Shown: positions 17,345-25,903 of the stretch, in pieces | Layout: every line of letters begins with the position of its first letter | How positions within the stretch are numbered: the first letter of the stretch is position 1 | Source: Myxococcales bacterium | Lineage (GTDB): Bacteria; Myxococcota; Myxococcia; Myxococcales; JAJYLH01 | Assembly: GCA_021787845.1 (NCBI GenBank) | Contig: JAJYLH010000001.1 | Coordinates: 144,452 to 208,451 of the forward strand | DNA: 64,000 nucleotides | Reading direction: 5' to 3' | Translations under genes and position numbers: made by a program | The notes under the pieces: model-generated | What the model saw: only the letters and a program-made list of their open reading frames with translations | The model's database searches: none | What the model was told of the DNA's origin: nothing

Positions 17345-19894
17345 TCAAGCTCCGTAGTAGTAGGCGAGCTTGAGGAGCAGCACGTCGTCATACGGCCCGC
17401 GCCCGAGGGATGGAAGGTCGAAGGCAGTCGGCGTCAGACCGGGCGTCGGGTCGCCGTTCTGTTGCGCGCGGCTGTAGACGAGGTAGAGCACGCTCCCGGG
17501 CCGATACTCCCAGCGGAGGACGACGTTGACGTTCAAGCTCGTGTCCTTGAAGTCGGGACTGGTCGCCGGTGCCGCGCCGGGCTTGAGATCAGACAGGCGC
17601 ACGTGGGCGCGGCCGGCTGGCACGGTGACCGAATAGAACGGCCCGTAGTGGGCGAGGTCGGCGAACGCTTGCACGTAGACCTGGAGCGCGAGCGTCGGAC
17701 TGAAGCCGTAGGTTCCGCGCAAGGTCATCGAAGCCAGCCGCGCTTCCTGGTCGCCCAGCCGATACGTGTGTGACGCGCCAAACGCGCCGTCGGTCTCGAA
17801 CCAGCGCGGATCTCCGGTAACCCACTCGGCGGAAGGCGTCAGCGTGAGCTCGAGGCGCGTCGTCGGTCGCCACGAGAAATCGACGGCCGAAGAGCTCTGA
17901 ATGCCATGCAGTGTGTCTCCGAACCAGACGTAGCCGCCCAAGGAGAGCGCCCGCCGCGGATCGGAGGTGGTGTTGAGATAGAGGCCGTGCATCGCCGGGC
18001 GGTCGTAGAGCGAGCCGTCGCGCAGCTCGCGGTTGTCGGTGGTCGGCGGGTCGAAATCGAGCTCGAGGTAGCTCGTCCAGCGGTTCTTCCATTCGATGCT
18101 CTCTCCCAAGTCGACCCAGCGCGTGATGTCGATGCCATCGAAGCTGTCTGCGATGTCGCCGTAGAGGACGGTCTCGGTCGACCGCGTCGGCCCGTGCGGC
18201 TCGAGGGTGCGATAGGCGAGCTTGCCATAGAGGCTGTGGAGATTCTGCCGTTGGAGCCAGCCTGCCTGGTTCAGGTCGAGCTTGGGCGAGTAGCCTTCGT
18301 AGCTCAGATCGAAAATCCAGCTCCCGCCGGCCTTCGCGAACTCGGCTCGGCCGCCGACGCCCGTGTCGCCGGAGCGCAACACCGTGCCATCGGGCAGGCT
18401 GTCGTCGGGCCCGCCTTGGCGCTGGCTGCCGAGCAGCGTGGCCGACGCGACGTAGGTTCCCGCCGGCGAAGTCCAGGTCGCGTCGGCGCCGCCGGTGGTC
18501 GCATCGGGACTACAGCGACCATCCTTGCCGGGCGCGTCGCCGGTGTCCGGACAGCCTTGCGGCCAAGTCGCGCGCGGCTCGTGACGCAAGACGCTCGTCG
18601 CCATCGCGCCGACGGTGAATCCCTTGGGCAGCTTGGCACGCACCCGCGCTACCGCGAAATTCGAGAGCGGGCTCACCGGCACCGCGGACGTGCGCCCATC
18701 GGCATCCTGCACCAGCGCGGCCTCGTCGCGCGTGACCGCATCGAGAACCGCGACGGACACGTGGTCACTGACTTGACCGGTCAGCTTCAGCGCGCCCCAG
18801 ATGTCGGTTGTCAAAGGCTGTGACACGAGTCGCTGGCCGTTCGCGAGCTCCGGCGACGGCGGCGGGCGCCCGACGCGACGGGAGTAGAAGAGCTGCGTGC
18901 CCGTCGGGTTGCCAAAGGCGTCGTGCAAAGCATACAGGTCAGACCCGGAAAGGAAGAACGGCCGCTTCTCCGGGAAGTAGGTTTCGAAAGTCGAGAGGTT
19001 CATCACCGCCGGGTCCGCCTCGACCTCGCCGAAGTCCGGAAGGATCGTTCCGTTGAGGGTGAGGTCGGTCGTCGGATGCACTTCGAGATCCCCGCCTGCT
19101 CCGAACGCCGGATGCGTGCCCGACGGCGGATCGTATCCGGGTCCCGGCGAGTAGCGATGATCGACTTGGGCGCGCACGAACGGCGTCAAGGCGAGTCCGT
19201 GGCCCGGATGCAGACCCACGAGGCCGCTGAGCGTCGCCATGCGGAGCAGCGCGCCCTGGGATGACGGCGGTTGGTAGACGAGTTGATCGGTCTCGCCCTC
19301 GTGAGAGAGGTAGCGATTGACCTCGACCCGGAACGTCACCGCGCCGGGCCCCGGACGAAAGCGCAGAGCCGACAGCGGGATGGCGAGCTCGGCGGTCCAT
19401 CCGTCGACCGTGATGCGCGTCGCCGATCGCCAGACCGCGTTGAAGTCGAAATCGGTCGCGTTGTCCCCGGTGCGCAGGTAGTCGAGCTGCACGTTCGAGG
19501 GGTAGACGCCAAAGGCGAACGCCCGCTCCGCGCTGCCGCTCGAGTCGATTTCGATGTCCAGCCAATCGCACTCGATCTGCGAGTCGCGCAGCGCCACCCG
19601 ACGGCAGATGCGGCTCGGATCGTCCTGGGCGAACATCGCGACATAGAGCGTCCGGTCGTCGTAAGCGAACTGGACCGAGGTGCGCCGCGAAGAGGCTTTG
19701 CCCGCATTCGGCCAGCGCTGGAAGAAGCGGTCGAAGATCGGTGCCTTGGCCCAGACGGCGTCCGACAGGTCGCCGTCGATTCGAGGTGCCACGCTGGCGC
19801 GCACGGCCCGGACGATGACCGCGCGCGATGCCGCGCCGGGCGCGACCGGCGGAGTGACGAGCGCGAGGACGAGCGAGACGAGAGCCGGCGACAT
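17345..19894 (-). CDS. CBM9-like / DUF5916 family outer-membrane-associated protein
   Basis: 849 aa with a signal peptide. The N-terminal APRIDGDLSDAVW...FQRWPN...FAYDDRTLYVA...DW..IEIDS......F.F.V.P..VQ.D....G....DF.FNAVW.S.....DGW.AE.AIPLSALRF matches the CBM9/DUF5916 family pattern. The long C-terminal region is strand-rich and ends ...LKLAYYYGA. Confidence 0.7.
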   Translation of the reverse strand: MSPALVSLVLALVTPPVAPGAASRAVIVRAVRASVAPRIDGDLSDAVWAKAPIFDRFFQRWPNAGKASSRRTSVQFAYDDRTLYVAMFAQDDPSRICRRVALRDSQIECDWLDIEIDSSGSAERAFAFGVYPSNVQLDYLRTGDNATDFDFNAVWRSATRITVDGWTAELAIPLSALRFRPGPGAVTFRVEVNRYLSHEGETDQLVYQPPSSQGALLRMATLSGLVGLHPGHGLALTPFVRAQVDHRYSPGPGYDPPSGTHPAFGAGGDLEVHPTTDLTLNGTILPDFGEVEADPAVMNLSTFETYFPEKRPFFLSGSDLYALHDAFGNPTGTQLFYSRRVGRPPPSPELANGQRLVSQPLTTDIWGALKLTGQVSDHVSVAVLDAVTRDEAALVQDADGRTSAVPVSPLSNFAVARVRAKLPKGFTVGAMATSVLRHEPRATWPQGCPDTGDAPGKDGRCSPDATTGGADATWTSPAGTYVASATLLGSQRQGGPDDSLPDGTVLRSGDTGVGGRAEFAKAGGSWIFDLSYEGYSPKLDLNQAGWLQRQNLHSLYGKLAYRTLEPHGPTRSTETVLYGDIADSFDGIDITRWVDLGESIEWKNRWTSYLELDFDPPTTDNRELRDGSLYDRPAMHGLYLNTTSDPRRALSLGGYVWFGDTLHGIQSSSAVDFSWRPTTRLELTLTPSAEWVTGDPRWFETDGAFGASHTYRLGDQEARLASMTLRGTYGFSPTLALQVYVQAFADLAHYGPFYSVTVPAGRAHVRLSDLKPGAAPATSPDFKDTSLNVNVVLRWEYRPGSVLYLVYSRAQQNGDPTPGLTPTAFDLPSLGRGPYDDVLLLKLAYYYGA

Positions 19895-20156
19895 GCGATG
19901 GGGTCACGCGAAGAGCGCCGCTGTCTACCACGGACGCCGGCCGAGCGCCAGCCGCGGTTCACCGAGCCGCGGATCCGGCTGAAGAGGCTGCGGAAAGAAA
20001 CGACGCAGCAGCCCTTCGTGGCACGGCACGTCCCCGCCTTCGTGATCCGCCGAGCCTCCGCCAGGATTGAACCCGGACCACTCCCGTCCAAGACAGATTC
20101 TGCCTCCGAGCTGAGAACCGCTCATTCCGAGCGGCAATCCTGATCTACCAAGCCTC

Positions 20157-20364
20157 GAAAGGCTCGCGCCGCGCGCAGATTCTCGGCGCCACGTAGCACG
20201 ACTTCGTGGCACGGGCGTCCCCGCCCGTGAGCGCTTGGGGACCTGCCATGCCAGCGGGTTCGACTGGGCTTTCACGGGCGAGGACGCCCGTGCCACGATT
20301 CCGATCGTCTCCAAAGTCGAGCTTGGGTTGCGGGCGTCAGCCCGCGCTATGCGCAGTCGAAGGA
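20157..20364. repeat. 207-bp composite hairpin repeat, copy A (inverted partner at 57874-58080)
   Basis: Aligned by eye to the reverse complement of 57874-58080, I see only about 5 differences including one 1-nt indel. It contains two CACGGGCG-N4-CGCCCGTG hairpins and one GCGGGC-N4-GCCCGC hairpin. Confidence 0.9.
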
Positions 20365-20442
20365 AGAGGGGCGGGTTCGGTCCGCGGCGCTCATCCTTCG
20401 ACTGCGGAGATTCCCAGCGCGGCGTGTCTTGGACAGCAGTGA

Positions 20443-20472
20443 ACCCGGACACTGACGTGTCCGGCTCCAAGC
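20443..20472. repeat. Hairpin-repeat family, copy 3 (inverted orientation)
   Basis: acccggacactgacgtgtccggctccaagc matches copy 2 exactly over 26 nt (acccggacactgacgtgtccggctcc). Confidence 0.85.
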
Positions 20473-20564
20473 TCGGCTAGTTTCGCGCGCACAGATTCCG
20501 TTGAGGAGCCCATTTCCGAAGTCGAGCTGGCTTGCCGGCGCGAGGTCCGCGAAGCCGAGCTGCC

Positions 20565-21131
20565 TCAGGCTTCCAGCGGGTTGGCGTAGATTTCGTCGAG
20601 CGGCAGAGAAATCTCCAGCGGCGGGACGGGCGCGTCGCCGGCGGAGTAGGCGCGCACGAGCCAGCTCCCGTCGTTGTTGCGAACGGCCACCTCGAGGCGT
20701 CGTTCCCGCTGCGACACGAGCACGTACGCGCGCAGGCTCTCGATGCGACGGTAGTGGGTGCTCTTCTCGCCGCGGTCGTAGTGCGCGGAGCTGTCCGAGA
20801 GTACCTCCACCAGGAGCGTCGGATTGGTCGCCGCCTGCGGGTCCTCCGGGTCGAGCTCGAGCTTGCCGCAGACGACGCTGACGTCCGGGTATGTCGCGAG
20901 GCCGGTCGCCAGCACCCGCACCCGCAGGTCGGAGCTGAAGACGCTGCAAGGCTTGCCCGCCAGCTTCTCCCTGAGCACGCCAGCCACGCTCGCGCAAAGC
21001 CGCGCGTGCTCCGGCGTGCCGCCGGCCATCGCGGAGATCTCTCCGTCGAGGAACTCGTGCTTCTCCTCGCTCTCTCGTTCCTTCGCGAGGTATTCGGCGT
21101 AGCTCGTCAGGTGGGTGGCGGTCCGGCTCAT
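20565..21131 (-). CDS. Uma2 family (DUF820) endonuclease
   Basis: Start at MSRTATHLTSYAEYL. The EFLDGEI..M, YPDVSVV, PTLLVEVLSDSS...D...K...Y and LRAYVLV motif order is typical of Uma2. Confidence 0.75.
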   Translation of the reverse strand: MSRTATHLTSYAEYLAKERESEEKHEFLDGEISAMAGGTPEHARLCASVAGVLREKLAGKPCSVFSSDLRVRVLATGLATYPDVSVVCGKLELDPEDPQAATNPTLLVEVLSDSSAHYDRGEKSTHYRRIESLRAYVLVSQRERRLEVAVRNNDGSWLVRAYSAGDAPVPPLEISLPLDEIYANPLEA

Positions 21132-21594
21132 GCCGCCATGATAGCCGTCCGGCAACCCTCTCGCAAGCGGCGCGCGGCATCGACAGATGCGCTCTTGCCC
21201 GCACCGCGCCCCAGAACGGCTGAAGGGCCGAGGTCAGGCAAGGCCGATGCCTCAGCCCTCGCGTGCCGCGAGTGAGCGGGCGCCCTTGCGGAACCCGTCG
21301 CTGACGCGCGAGCCTTCCACGACCCGGTTCCAGAAGCTCCCCGCGAGCCGGCTCGCTTCTGGCCAGACATCGACCAGGCGAGCTATCTCGGCGGCGATCG
21401 AGCGACGCACGCTCGAGCTTGCCGGCGAGCCGCCAGCGCGACGATGCCGTCGCGCGCGCTCTGAAGCCGCAGCGGTGAGCCGGCGCGGTGCCCCCCGGAA
21501 GCGGTCCGGGGGGCGCGTCGACTTTCCGCTTGCAAACCGAATCGGCTTGATCTACAAAGCTTTTCGGCGTTCCACATCGCAACCGGAGGACATC

Positions 21595-22581
21595 ATGCGC
21601 CCCGCCCCGAGACCGACCCGCGCCCCGCTCACGTCCGAGCAGTGGGTGACGAAGCTCAAGACCAATTCCAAGGCGATTCTCGCGGCCGGAGGTCCGCACA
21701 TCGACGCCGGTGCTGCTCGGCTCGCGGCGACGCAGGTTGCCGCCGTCTTCGCGAAGCAGCCGGAGAATGCGGCCAAGCTCGCCGGCCGCGGCATCGACGG
21801 CGGCTTCTTCGACGCGCTCGCGCAGCTCGCGGCCGAGTCGAAGACGGCTGCGGCGCCGCTCCCGCCGGACTTGCGGCGGCACGAGACGCTGACGCCCGCG
21901 GACGCGACGGCCATCGACGAGGCGGTGGAGGCGTTCCGAGACTTCCGCGGCGCGTCGGTCGACACCGCGAGGGCGACCGCGTCGATCGAGCAGACCACCG
22001 TCCTCGGCCACGGCGTCGATTTCCGGCTCTCCTCGGCGGCCGCCACCAGCACGGCCATCCAGCATTTCCTCGCCGGCGCTCCCGAGCGCAAAGCGCTCCT
22101 CGACGACGCCGGCATCACCGGCGACGACCTGAAGGAGCTGGCCACCCACAAGCAGAAGATGGACGACATCCTCGGCGCGAAGGGCCTGCGCGCGAGCGAC
22201 TTCACGACCAACGTGGGGAGCGTCGACGAGCTCACCGCCGCCCTCGAGAGCGGGTTCGACTACTACCGCGGCCGGGTCCGGCTCGCGTTCCGCGGCAAGG
22301 ACAAACCCCTGCGCGCGAAGGCGCTCAAGCCGCTCCCCGGGAGCACCGAACGGCGAGGGACGAAGGCGAAGCCGAAGCCCAAGCCGAAGCCCGCGCCGCC
22401 GAGCCCGCCGCCGGCCCCGCCGGTGCAGGAGGCGGAGGCCAAGCCGAGCTCCGCACCGACGAACCCGCCGCCGCGGGAGAGCGAATCGAAGCAAGAGAGC
22501 GCGCCCCAAACGGAGCCGGCACAGAAGAAGCCGACGCCCACGCCGAAGAAGCGCAAGCGGCGAACCCCAAAGGGTGCGTAG
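21595..22581 (+). CDS. Hypothetical protein with a Lys/Pro-rich basic C-terminal tail
   Basis: ATG at 21595 is preceded by GGAGGA (21585-21590). Helical, Ala-rich body; tail KAKPKPKPKPAPPSPPP...KKRKRRTPKGA. I recognise no family. Confidence 0.5.
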   Translation: MRPAPRPTRAPLTSEQWVTKLKTNSKAILAAGGPHIDAGAARLAATQVAAVFAKQPENAAKLAGRGIDGGFFDALAQLAAESKTAAAPLPPDLRRHETLTPADATAIDEAVEAFRDFRGASVDTARATASIEQTTVLGHGVDFRLSSAAATSTAIQHFLAGAPERKALLDDAGITGDDLKELATHKQKMDDILGAKGLRASDFTTNVGSVDELTAALESGFDYYRGRVRLAFRGKDKPLRAKALKPLPGSTERRGTKAKPKPKPKPAPPSPPPAPPVQEAEAKPSSAPTNPPPRESESKQESAPQTEPAQKKPTPTPKKRKRRTPKGA

Positions 22582-22723
22582 TCCTAGAGTAAAGAGAACA
22601 TGACGAACCCGTTCACGACAAACCAAGGAGAATACCAATGGCCTGGAGCGACGAAATCAGGCTCTGCGCCGTTTCGCGTGGGTGGTGGGGAACGAGATGA
22701 CGTTCATGATCATGCTCTTTCTC

Positions 22724-22764
22724 GGCCGAAATTGGAGCCGGACACGTTAGTGTCCGGGTGCAGG
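22724..22764. repeat. Hairpin-repeat family, copy 4
   Basis: ggccgaaattggagccggacacgttagtgtccgggtgcagg. Confidence 0.85.
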
Positions 22765-22785
22765 CACGGCAACGCGAACGAGGAT

Positions 22786-23037
22786 CGTAGGGCGGGGGCT
22801 TGTCCCCGCCGTTTCCGGGGCATCGGCATCGCGGCGGGGGACAAGCCCCCGCCCTACGGAATGTCGCGAAACGCGGGAATCCGAGCGAATCGGGCGATAG
22901 GTCAGCGCTTATGGGGCTAGTCCCCCGCCGTTTCCGGGGCATCGGCATCGCGGCGGGGGACAAGCCCCCGCCCTACGGAATGTCGCGAAACGCGCGGGAA
23001 TCCGAGCGAATCGGGCGATAGGTCAGCGCTTATGGGG
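22786..23037. repeat. About 120-bp tandem duplication (about 2.1 copies), each unit carrying a 25-bp-stem hairpin
   Basis: The unit gtccccgccgtttccggggcatcggcatcgcggcgggggacaagcccccgccctacggaatgtcgcgaaacgcgggaatccgagcgaatcgggcgataggtcagcgcttatgggg occurs at 22802-22916 and again at 22920-23037. The hairpin is cgtagggcgggggcttgtccccgcc / ggcgggggacaagcccccgccctacg. Confidence 0.85.
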
Positions 23038-23284
23038 TATCCAGACACCTCAGGTGTCTTGGTCCCCGATCCGCTCACCCTGAGGTGCCCGCGCCCACGG
23101 AGCATGAATGGAGCACGGCAAGCATGCGCGGGCCTCGAAGGGCGAGCGCGAGGGTGGCACAGGCTGTGCCGAGCCCTCACGGCCCTTCGAGGGCCGGGCA
23201 CGAGGGCGGTGGCAACGAGCGAGGTCCGTGGGCCCGGCCGCCTCAGGGCGAGCGGGAACGACAACCTGAGATGTCTGGATACCC
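23035..23284. mobile_element. MITE-like 250-bp long imperfect palindrome bounded by 20-bp inverted repeats
   Basis: The left IR gggtatccagacacctcagg (23035-23054) matches the right IR cctgagatgtctggataccc (23265-23284) with one mismatch. Nested internal inverted repeats are present (caccctgagg/cctcagggcg, ggcctcgaagggc/gcccttcgagggcc, ggcacaggctgtgcc). The motif agcgcttatgggg occurs on both flanks. Confidence 0.45.
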
Positions 23285-23324
23285 AGCTAGCGCTTATGGG
23301 GGTATGAGGTCGGCCACGAATTCG

Positions 23325-23576
23325 CAACCACCGCCCGACGATGCGCAACCGTCCGTCGAGCCCCGGCAACCGCCCGTCGGGCACGGGCAACCGCCCGTCG
23401 AGCACCGGCAACCGTCCGTCGAGCCCCGGCAACCGTCCGTCGAGCCCCGGCAACCGCCCGTCGAGCACCGGCAACCGCCCGTCGGGCACCGGCAACCGCC
23501 CGTCGGGCACCGGCGATCGCCTGCCGGGCACCGGGAATCGCCTGCCGAGCGCCGGCGATCGCCCGCCGAGCGCGCC
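23325..23576. repeat. 21-bp tandem repeat, about 12 units (consensus CAACCGCCCGTCGRGCACCGG)
   Basis: Units begin at 23325, 23346, 23367, 23388, 23409, 23430, 23451, 23472, 23493, 23514, 23536 and 23556. The outer units are degenerate. The array ends 16 nt from the ClC gene stop codon. Confidence 0.9.
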
Positions 23577-23591
23577 AAGCGCAAAGCCCTT

Positions 23592-25781
23592 TCAGTGCAA
23601 CTCGCCGGGCGGCGGCGTCACTGGCCGGTAGACTCGCAGGATGTCCCGCCGGGAGAGTAGGCCCACCACGTGCGTCGGATCGTCTCGGGCGACCACCGGG
23701 AGGTGATCGACGTCGGTCAGCGTAATCCGTTCGAGGGCGACCTGGAGGTCCTCGTCCTCGAGGATCGGTTGCACGTCGTGTCGCGCGAGCTCGCCGGTGA
23801 CCACCACGTCGCTCAAGGACTCTTCGAAGATAAACTGTCTCACGTCGTTGAGCCAGACCATTCCCGCGTACCGGCCCTTGTCGTCGATGACCACGTACGT
23901 CGTCAGCGGCGTTTCCGCGAGGCGCTGCAAGAGATCATGGAAGCTCATCGTCGGCGGCACCGCGACGAAAGATCGGTTCATCGCGTCGGCCACGGGAATG
24001 CGCCGGAGCGCCTCCAGCTCCCGTCCCGCTTGCGGGTCGATGCCCTCCCGCGCCAGCGCCAGCGTGTACATCGACTCGCCGAGCCATCGGTGGACGAGCA
24101 GGCTCGCGGTCAGGCACGACACCATCAAAGGCAGGATGATCGCATAGTCGCCGGTCATCTCGAACATCATCACGATGCCGGTGATCGGAGCGCGGGCGGC
24201 CCCGGCGACGAGCGCACCCATTCCGACGAGAGCGTAGGCGCCGCTGGTGGCCGTCGTCGCCGGGAACGCGTGATGGACGATGGCCCCGAAAGCGCTCCCG
24301 GCCATCGCGCCGATGAAGGTCGCGGGAAAGAACGACCCTCCCTCGCCGCCCGAGCCCAGCGTCAGCGGCGTCGCAATCAGCTTGGCGCCGAGAATCGCCA
24401 GGGTGACGCCCAGCCCCAGCTTCTCCCGCAGCGCCGCGTTCATCGTCTCGTACCCGGTCCCGAGAATCTGCGGCACGAGGAGGCCGAGCGCGCCCAGCAA
24501 GGCGCCGCCGAGCGCGGGCTTGAGCCACGTCGGCACCCGGAAGAGCAGCCGCCCCACCGGACCTCCCCAGTGGCCCTGGAAGAGCGATTCGAAGCGGTCG
24601 AGCGACGCGATGTACGCCATCGAGACGATGCCGCAGAAGAAGCCGAGCATCAGATAGGGAGCTATTTCGAAGGTGGAGACGAGCTGGTAGGTGGTCTGGA
24701 CGATCTCCCGCGGACGCCCCGCGAGAGCGCCGGCGAGGACCATGTCGCCAGCGGCGATTTGCGCCTGCGCGTAGAGGGCGCGGCCGACCACCGTCGCGAG
24801 CACCGCCGAGAGCACGATGGGGCTGAAGGTCGAGACGCCGAAGTCGCCAAGGATGAGCTCCAGCGCGAACATCGCGCCGCCGATGGGCGCGTCGAAGGAG
24901 GCGGCGATGCCCGCCGCGGTGCCGCATCCGACGAGCATCCGCAGTTGCGAGCGCGACACGCCCAGCCGCTGGCCGATGGAGGAGCCGACGGCGCTGCCGA
25001 TCTCCACCACCGGTCCCTCTTTGCCGACGCTCCCGCCGCTGGCGGTGGTCAGCGCCGCGGTCAGGCCCTTGAAGACGGCGGTCCGCGCTGGAATCCGCGC
25101 GTTCTTGACCACGATGGCTTCGAGCACCTTGGTGATGCCGTGCCCCCGGCTGTCCGGCGCGAATTTGTCGATCAAGAGGCCCATCAGGAGGCCGCCCAAC
25201 GCCGGCGCGAAGAGCACGAGCCACCAGGGCGATTCCTGGACCAGCGCGAGGAGGCCGCCGCGCTGAATCGGGAAGGTGTGGGTGATCGCGCCGAAGAACA
25301 GCACCGAATAGAAGAGCCCGACCCCCGCGCCGCCGACGGTCGCGACCGTGAGGATGCGCTTTCGCCAACGCCGCCGCTTCTCCCCGCGGATGGCGACGCC
25401 GTAGACGAGCGCCACCACCATCACGACGAGCGTCGTCGCCGCGAGGTACGGGTGCCAGTCGGTCGCCGCGAGAAAACGGATGAAGCGCCCGCGGAGGGCG
25501 GGAGCGCCTTCGAGAAACGCGAGGGCGTCGCGGGTGCGAAAGAACACGATCTGCAACACCACGATCGCGGACGAGAACAGACCGGCCGCCAGCCCGCCGT
25601 ACACGCCGACGAGCCCCGCGAGCACCAGCATGAATGCCTGCTCGCTCGTCGCGAGGCGCCTCAGGTCGAGCAGCCGCGCCAGCCTTTCGAAGAGCGCCTG
25701 CTCGGCCGTGCGCGGTCGCTTGCGCCGCCGTGGGGGAATCGATTGGCGCTTGGGCGCAGGCTTTTCGGGACCGTCCCCCAC
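23592..25781 (-). CDS. ClC family voltage-gated chloride channel/antiporter with a C-terminal CBS pair
   Basis: 729 aa. GSVGKEGPVVEIGS (GKEGP selectivity motif) and GIVMMFEMTGDY are present. The C-terminal ~140 aa have a CBS-like pattern (IPVADAM...VVIDDKGRYAGMV...HLPVVARDD..HVVGLLSRRDI). Confidence 0.85.
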   Translation of the reverse strand: MGDGPEKPAPKRQSIPPRRRKRPRTAEQALFERLARLLDLRRLATSEQAFMLVLAGLVGVYGGLAAGLFSSAIVVLQIVFFRTRDALAFLEGAPALRGRFIRFLAATDWHPYLAATTLVVMVVALVYGVAIRGEKRRRWRKRILTVATVGGAGVGLFYSVLFFGAITHTFPIQRGGLLALVQESPWWLVLFAPALGGLLMGLLIDKFAPDSRGHGITKVLEAIVVKNARIPARTAVFKGLTAALTTASGGSVGKEGPVVEIGSAVGSSIGQRLGVSRSQLRMLVGCGTAAGIAASFDAPIGGAMFALELILGDFGVSTFSPIVLSAVLATVVGRALYAQAQIAAGDMVLAGALAGRPREIVQTTYQLVSTFEIAPYLMLGFFCGIVSMAYIASLDRFESLFQGHWGGPVGRLLFRVPTWLKPALGGALLGALGLLVPQILGTGYETMNAALREKLGLGVTLAILGAKLIATPLTLGSGGEGGSFFPATFIGAMAGSAFGAIVHHAFPATTATSGAYALVGMGALVAGAARAPITGIVMMFEMTGDYAIILPLMVSCLTASLLVHRWLGESMYTLALAREGIDPQAGRELEALRRIPVADAMNRSFVAVPPTMSFHDLLQRLAETPLTTYVVIDDKGRYAGMVWLNDVRQFIFEESLSDVVVTGELARHDVQPILEDEDLQVALERITLTDVDHLPVVARDDPTHVVGLLSRRDILRVYRPVTPPPGELH

Positions 25782-25903
25782 ATGGTCAAGCTAGCGATGA
25801 CGCTTCGCCGCTGAGGCGATGGCCGGCCGAGCCGTCGCATCTGGGCTCGGAGCGCGGAGGGGACGAAAGGGCGTCGCCGGCGGCTGGCCTCCCGCGACCG
25901 CTG

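Noticed and set aside
21252-21410. A minus-strand frame reading ...VRRSIAAEIARLVDVWPEASRLAGSFWNRVVEGSRVSDGFRKGARSLAAREG upstream of Uma2
   Set aside because: It reads somewhat protein-like and has high GC3. However, the frame has no ATG, only a GTG giving 52 codons, no SD, and an Arg-rich upstream continuation. It could be a gene remnant, but I cannot support calling it.
20347-22638. A 763-aa minus-strand ORF spanning Uma2, an intergenic region and the hypothetical gene
   Set aside because: It is out of frame with the Uma2 motifs and antisense to the 21595-22581 gene. Its composition is typical of spurious GC-rich frames.
22917-23531. A 204-aa ORF encoding PVPDGRL heptad repeats, plus sister ORFs 23085-23660, 23294-23584 and 23341-23631
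   Set aside because: All six frames are open simply because the 21-bp repeat lacks stop codons. The ORFs continue into the palindromic MITE-like element and have no SD or start context. I treat the region as a non-coding tandem repeat.
22786-23576. Possible CRISPR array
   Set aside because: The repeats are contiguous, either head-to-tail 21-mers or two 120-bp units, with no unique spacers of 25-40 bp between them. No cas genes are nearby.
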